This document shows, one piece after another, positions 1-1,349 of a stretch of 1,349 nt of DNA. The first letter of the stretch is position 1. Every line of letters begins with the position of its first letter. The stretch comes from a phage. Position numbers and translations under genes: made by a program. Below the pieces are notes generated by a model. It was not told the origin of the DNA, made no database searches, and worked only from the letters and a program-made list of their open reading frames with translations. The stretch lies in the sequence record AF017621.1; one strand, written 5' to 3'.

Positions 1-165
1 ATGCTGCGCCACATGGGTTGGACCGAAGCCGCAGACCTGATTGTTAAAGGTATGGAAGGCGCAATCAATGCGAAGACCGTAACCTATGACTTCGAACGTC
101 TGATGGAAGGCGCTAAACTGTTGAAATGTTCAGAGTTTGGTGACGCGATCATCAAGAACATGTAA
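1..165 (+). CDS. icd: Isocitrate dehydrogenase (NADP-dependent), C-terminal 54 codons plus stop; 5'-partial, the gene continues upstream of the window. It could alternatively be a displaced icd 3' pseudogene fragment (icdC-like) if the full gene is not upstream.
   Basis: Frame 1 translates without a stop to [54 protein letters not shown] then TAA at 163..165. This is near-identical to the C-terminus of E. coli Icd as I remember it. The six-frame track omits it, presumably only because it is short and truncated. Confidence 0.9.
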   Translation: MLRHMGWTEAADLIVKGMEGAINAKTVTYDFERLMEGAKLLKCSEFGDAIIKNM

Positions 166-188
166 TCTCTACATGTGTTAAATATTGA

Positions 189-218
189 AACGGGCGTGTT
201 ATACGCCCGTTGTTTTAT
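189..218 (+). terminator. Rho-independent terminator downstream of icd; possibly weakly bidirectional and also serving the convergent int transcript.
   Basis: Perfect 9-bp stem AACGGGCGT (189..197) pairing with ACGCCCGTT (203..211), 5-nt loop GTTAT (198..202), followed by the T-rich tail GTTTTAT (212..218). It sits 24 nt after the icd stop codon. Confidence 0.6.
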
Positions 219-232
219 GATGATGTAAAATC

Positions 233-268
233 TTCCCCAAAACTTTCCCCAAAACCCTTCCCCAAAAC
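233..268. repeat. Three tandem direct repeats of the 11-mer TTCCCCAAAAC, starting at 233, 245 and 258 (spacers of 1 and 2 nt). Candidate arm-type (P'-arm-like) integrase binding sites of the attachment region.
   Basis: Exact 11/11 identity in all three copies, read directly from the sequence. They lie in the 113-bp gap between the icd stop and the int stop, which is where lambda carries its three tandem P' arm sites relative to int. The function is inferred; the repeats themselves are certain. Confidence 0.5.
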
Positions 269-278
269 TGGCTATTTT

Positions 279-1349
279 CTATGCTGTTTTGATATCTACG
301 ATAACCCAGTCTTTACCACGATCATCATTGTATCGGTCGGTCATTTTTCTGGATTTATGGCCTAACAACTTTTGCGTATCCAGACCCTGTTCCCGATATA
401 ACCGTTCTGACAGAGATCGCTGCTCATGAAATGTGGGCGCAGTTCCTTGCTCCCATTTTATGCCACATTTTTCCCTGGCCTTTTTAAAAGCCGTTGTCAG
501 AGTATTTGCAGAAACCTGGTCTCCTCTGTTTGCTTGAGAGGTAGTGTGACGGTAATGGACCAGATATTTACTAACAACAGCATCCCTGCACTGAGATATA
601 ACTTCACGAAGGGTAATATTCAGAGCATCGCATTTCAGGTTAAGCGGAATAGCAAGTTTTGAACCGGTTTTTTCCTGAGTAATGTGCAACATGTCGTCCC
701 ATATATCAGAGAATTTCAAATTGCAGATATCGCCTAAACGTTGTCCAGTAACAAGAGCAAGTAGCATGCCGCATTTTAAATAGGGCTGCCGTCTGCTTAC
801 GATTTCAAATATTGCCTGCCATTCGGGCAGTGACAATCTTTGGCGGTTTACTCGATTTCGCGGTTGTTTTGTTGCCTGCGCTGGGTTAAATCCTGGCGGA
901 ACATGTCCTGCGTGTTGTGCTTCTTTGAAGACGTCGATCAACACCATTCTCACGACTTGCGCCATCCTGTTATGACCTTCAGCCTTTACAGCATCAATTA
1001 TTTCGGCAATATCAAGTGCGGTAATATCCTTGAGGTGTTGCATTCCACAATGCTCACGGAAAAGACGAATGGGTTTGCCTTTTTGCCGATAGGAGTTGGG
1101 TCTTAGTTCATTATGTTGCAGCCTGTCCTCCTGGATAGAAATATATTTATCAAGCCATTCTGTCACCGTAATGTCTGAGCGCCTGCCTTTCATTCTTTCC
1201 AGACGCTCATTGACGCTTAATATTTGTCTGGTACGTTGTTCAGCAATAATGGTATTTGCTTCAGTAGCAACTTGTTTTGCTTCATTCTCATCAGTTCCTA
1301 AGCTATGAAAACGACCGGATAGTGGATGTTTGTATTGCCAATATACCTT
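279..1349 (-). CDS. int: Lambda-family tyrosine recombinase (phage integrase), e14 IntE-like; 5'-partial, with the N-terminal arm-binding domain continuing past position 1349.
   Basis: The 304-aa ORF (279..1193) matches lambda Int motifs with the lambda spacing: R152 in TGQRLGD (lambda TGQRVGD), K175 in KTGSKLAIP (lambda KTGVKIAIP), H256 and R259 in PTFHEQRSLSERLY (lambda PTFHELRSLSARLY), H279 in LLGHK, and the nucleophile Y288 in DRYNDDRG (lambda QYRDDRG; codon at 330..332). The frame stays open from 1194 to 1349 and encodes KVYWQYKHPLSGRFHSLGTDENEAKQVATEANTIIAEQRTRQILSVNERLER, which resembles the lambda Int N-terminal domain (YYCYRDPRTGKEFGLGRDRRIAITEAIQANIEL). The Met at 1191..1193 is therefore internal, not the start. 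Confidence 0.95.
   Translation of the reverse strand, partial: KVYWQYKHPLSGRFHSLGTDENEAKQVATEANTIIAEQRTRQILSVNERLERMKGRRSDITVTEWLDKYISIQEDRLQHNELRPNSYRQKGKPIRLFREHCGMQHLKDITALDIAEIIDAVKAEGHNRMAQVVRMVLIDVFKEAQHAGHVPPGFNPAQATKQPRNRVNRQRLSLPEWQAIFEIVSRRQPYLKCGMLLALVTGQRLGDICNLKFSDIWDDMLHITQEKTGSKLAIPLNLKCDALNITLREVISQCRDAVVSKYLVHYRHTTSQANRGDQVSANTLTTAFKKAREKCGIKWEQGTAPTFHEQRSLSERLYREQGLDTQKLLGHKSRKMTDRYNDDRGKDWVIVDIKTA

Larger units (their letters stand above)
1..1349. mobile_element. Int-proximal end of an icd-integrated prophage or integrative element (e14-like). The exact crossover point lies inside the icd 3' end and cannot be placed from this window alone.
   Basis: A tyrosine integrase converges on the 3' end of icd, a known phage attachment target in E. 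coli. Tandem repeats sit between the two genes. The int gene is about 40-42% GC in two hand-counted 60-nt samples (301..360, 541..600) against about 55% in icd (1..60). Confidence 0.6.

Noticed and set aside
217-228. Mini-ORF ATGATGATGTAA (Met-Met-Met-stop) in the intergenic region
   Set aside because: It overlaps the terminator tail, has no evident ribosome-binding site, and is too short to interpret. Treated as coincidence.
233-268. CRISPR array, or telomere-like C4A4 repeats
   Set aside because: Only three 11-bp units separated by 1-2 nt, with no spacers of CRISPR length and no cas context. The resemblance to ciliate C4A4 telomere repeats is coincidental in a bacterial phage junction.
166-278. 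Exact attachment core (crossover) sequence and IHF sites
   Set aside because: I could not find a convincing IHF consensus match by eye. The core cannot be placed without the other junction or an element-free icd allele. The variant icd codons suggest it lies upstream of about 106, possibly outside the window.
426-662. 78-aa ORF on the + strand from the six-frame track
   Set aside because: It lies entirely antisense within the integrase gene, whose frame is strongly supported by conserved catalytic motifs. Its translation has no recognisable motifs. Most likely a chance open frame.
840-1106. 88-aa ORF on the + strand from the six-frame track
   Set aside because: Antisense and fully embedded in the integrase coding region. 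No recognisable domain signature. Most likely spurious.
1191-1193. ATG proposed by the ORF track as the integrase start codon
   Set aside because: The frame stays open for 52 more codons to the window edge, and those residues resemble the N-terminal arm-binding domain of lambda-type integrases. This Met is internal.
1096-1308. 70-aa ORF on the + strand from the six-frame track
   Set aside because: Antisense to the N-terminal part of the integrase, which stays open in-frame on the - strand across this whole interval. No supporting features; most likely spurious.
1-1349. A novel defence or accessory system within this window
   Set aside because: The window is fully accounted for by the icd 3' end, a terminator, the repeat cluster and a canonical integrase. 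There is no unexplained coding capacity; any novel cargo would be beyond 1349.

Overview
This 1349-bp window covers a convergent gene junction. On the + strand are the last 54 codons of isocitrate dehydrogenase (icd, 1..165 including the stop; the 5' part lies upstream of the window). A 113-bp intergenic region follows (166..278) with a perfect 9-bp hairpin terminator (189..218) and three tandem copies of TTCCCCAAAAC (233..268). On the - strand is a lambda-family tyrosine integrase: stop codon at 279..281, frame open to the window edge at 1349, so its N-terminus lies beyond the window. This is the classic int-proximal end of an icd-integrated (e14-like) prophage or integrative island. The integrase keeps every catalytic residue and looks functional. 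The icd 3' end appears to be the element-supplied copy, and the integrase gene is visibly more AT-rich than icd. I found no evidence in this window for a novel or undescribed system; any cargo would lie beyond position 1349. All homology statements come from reading the translation and from memory of lambda Int and E. coli Icd, not from a database search.
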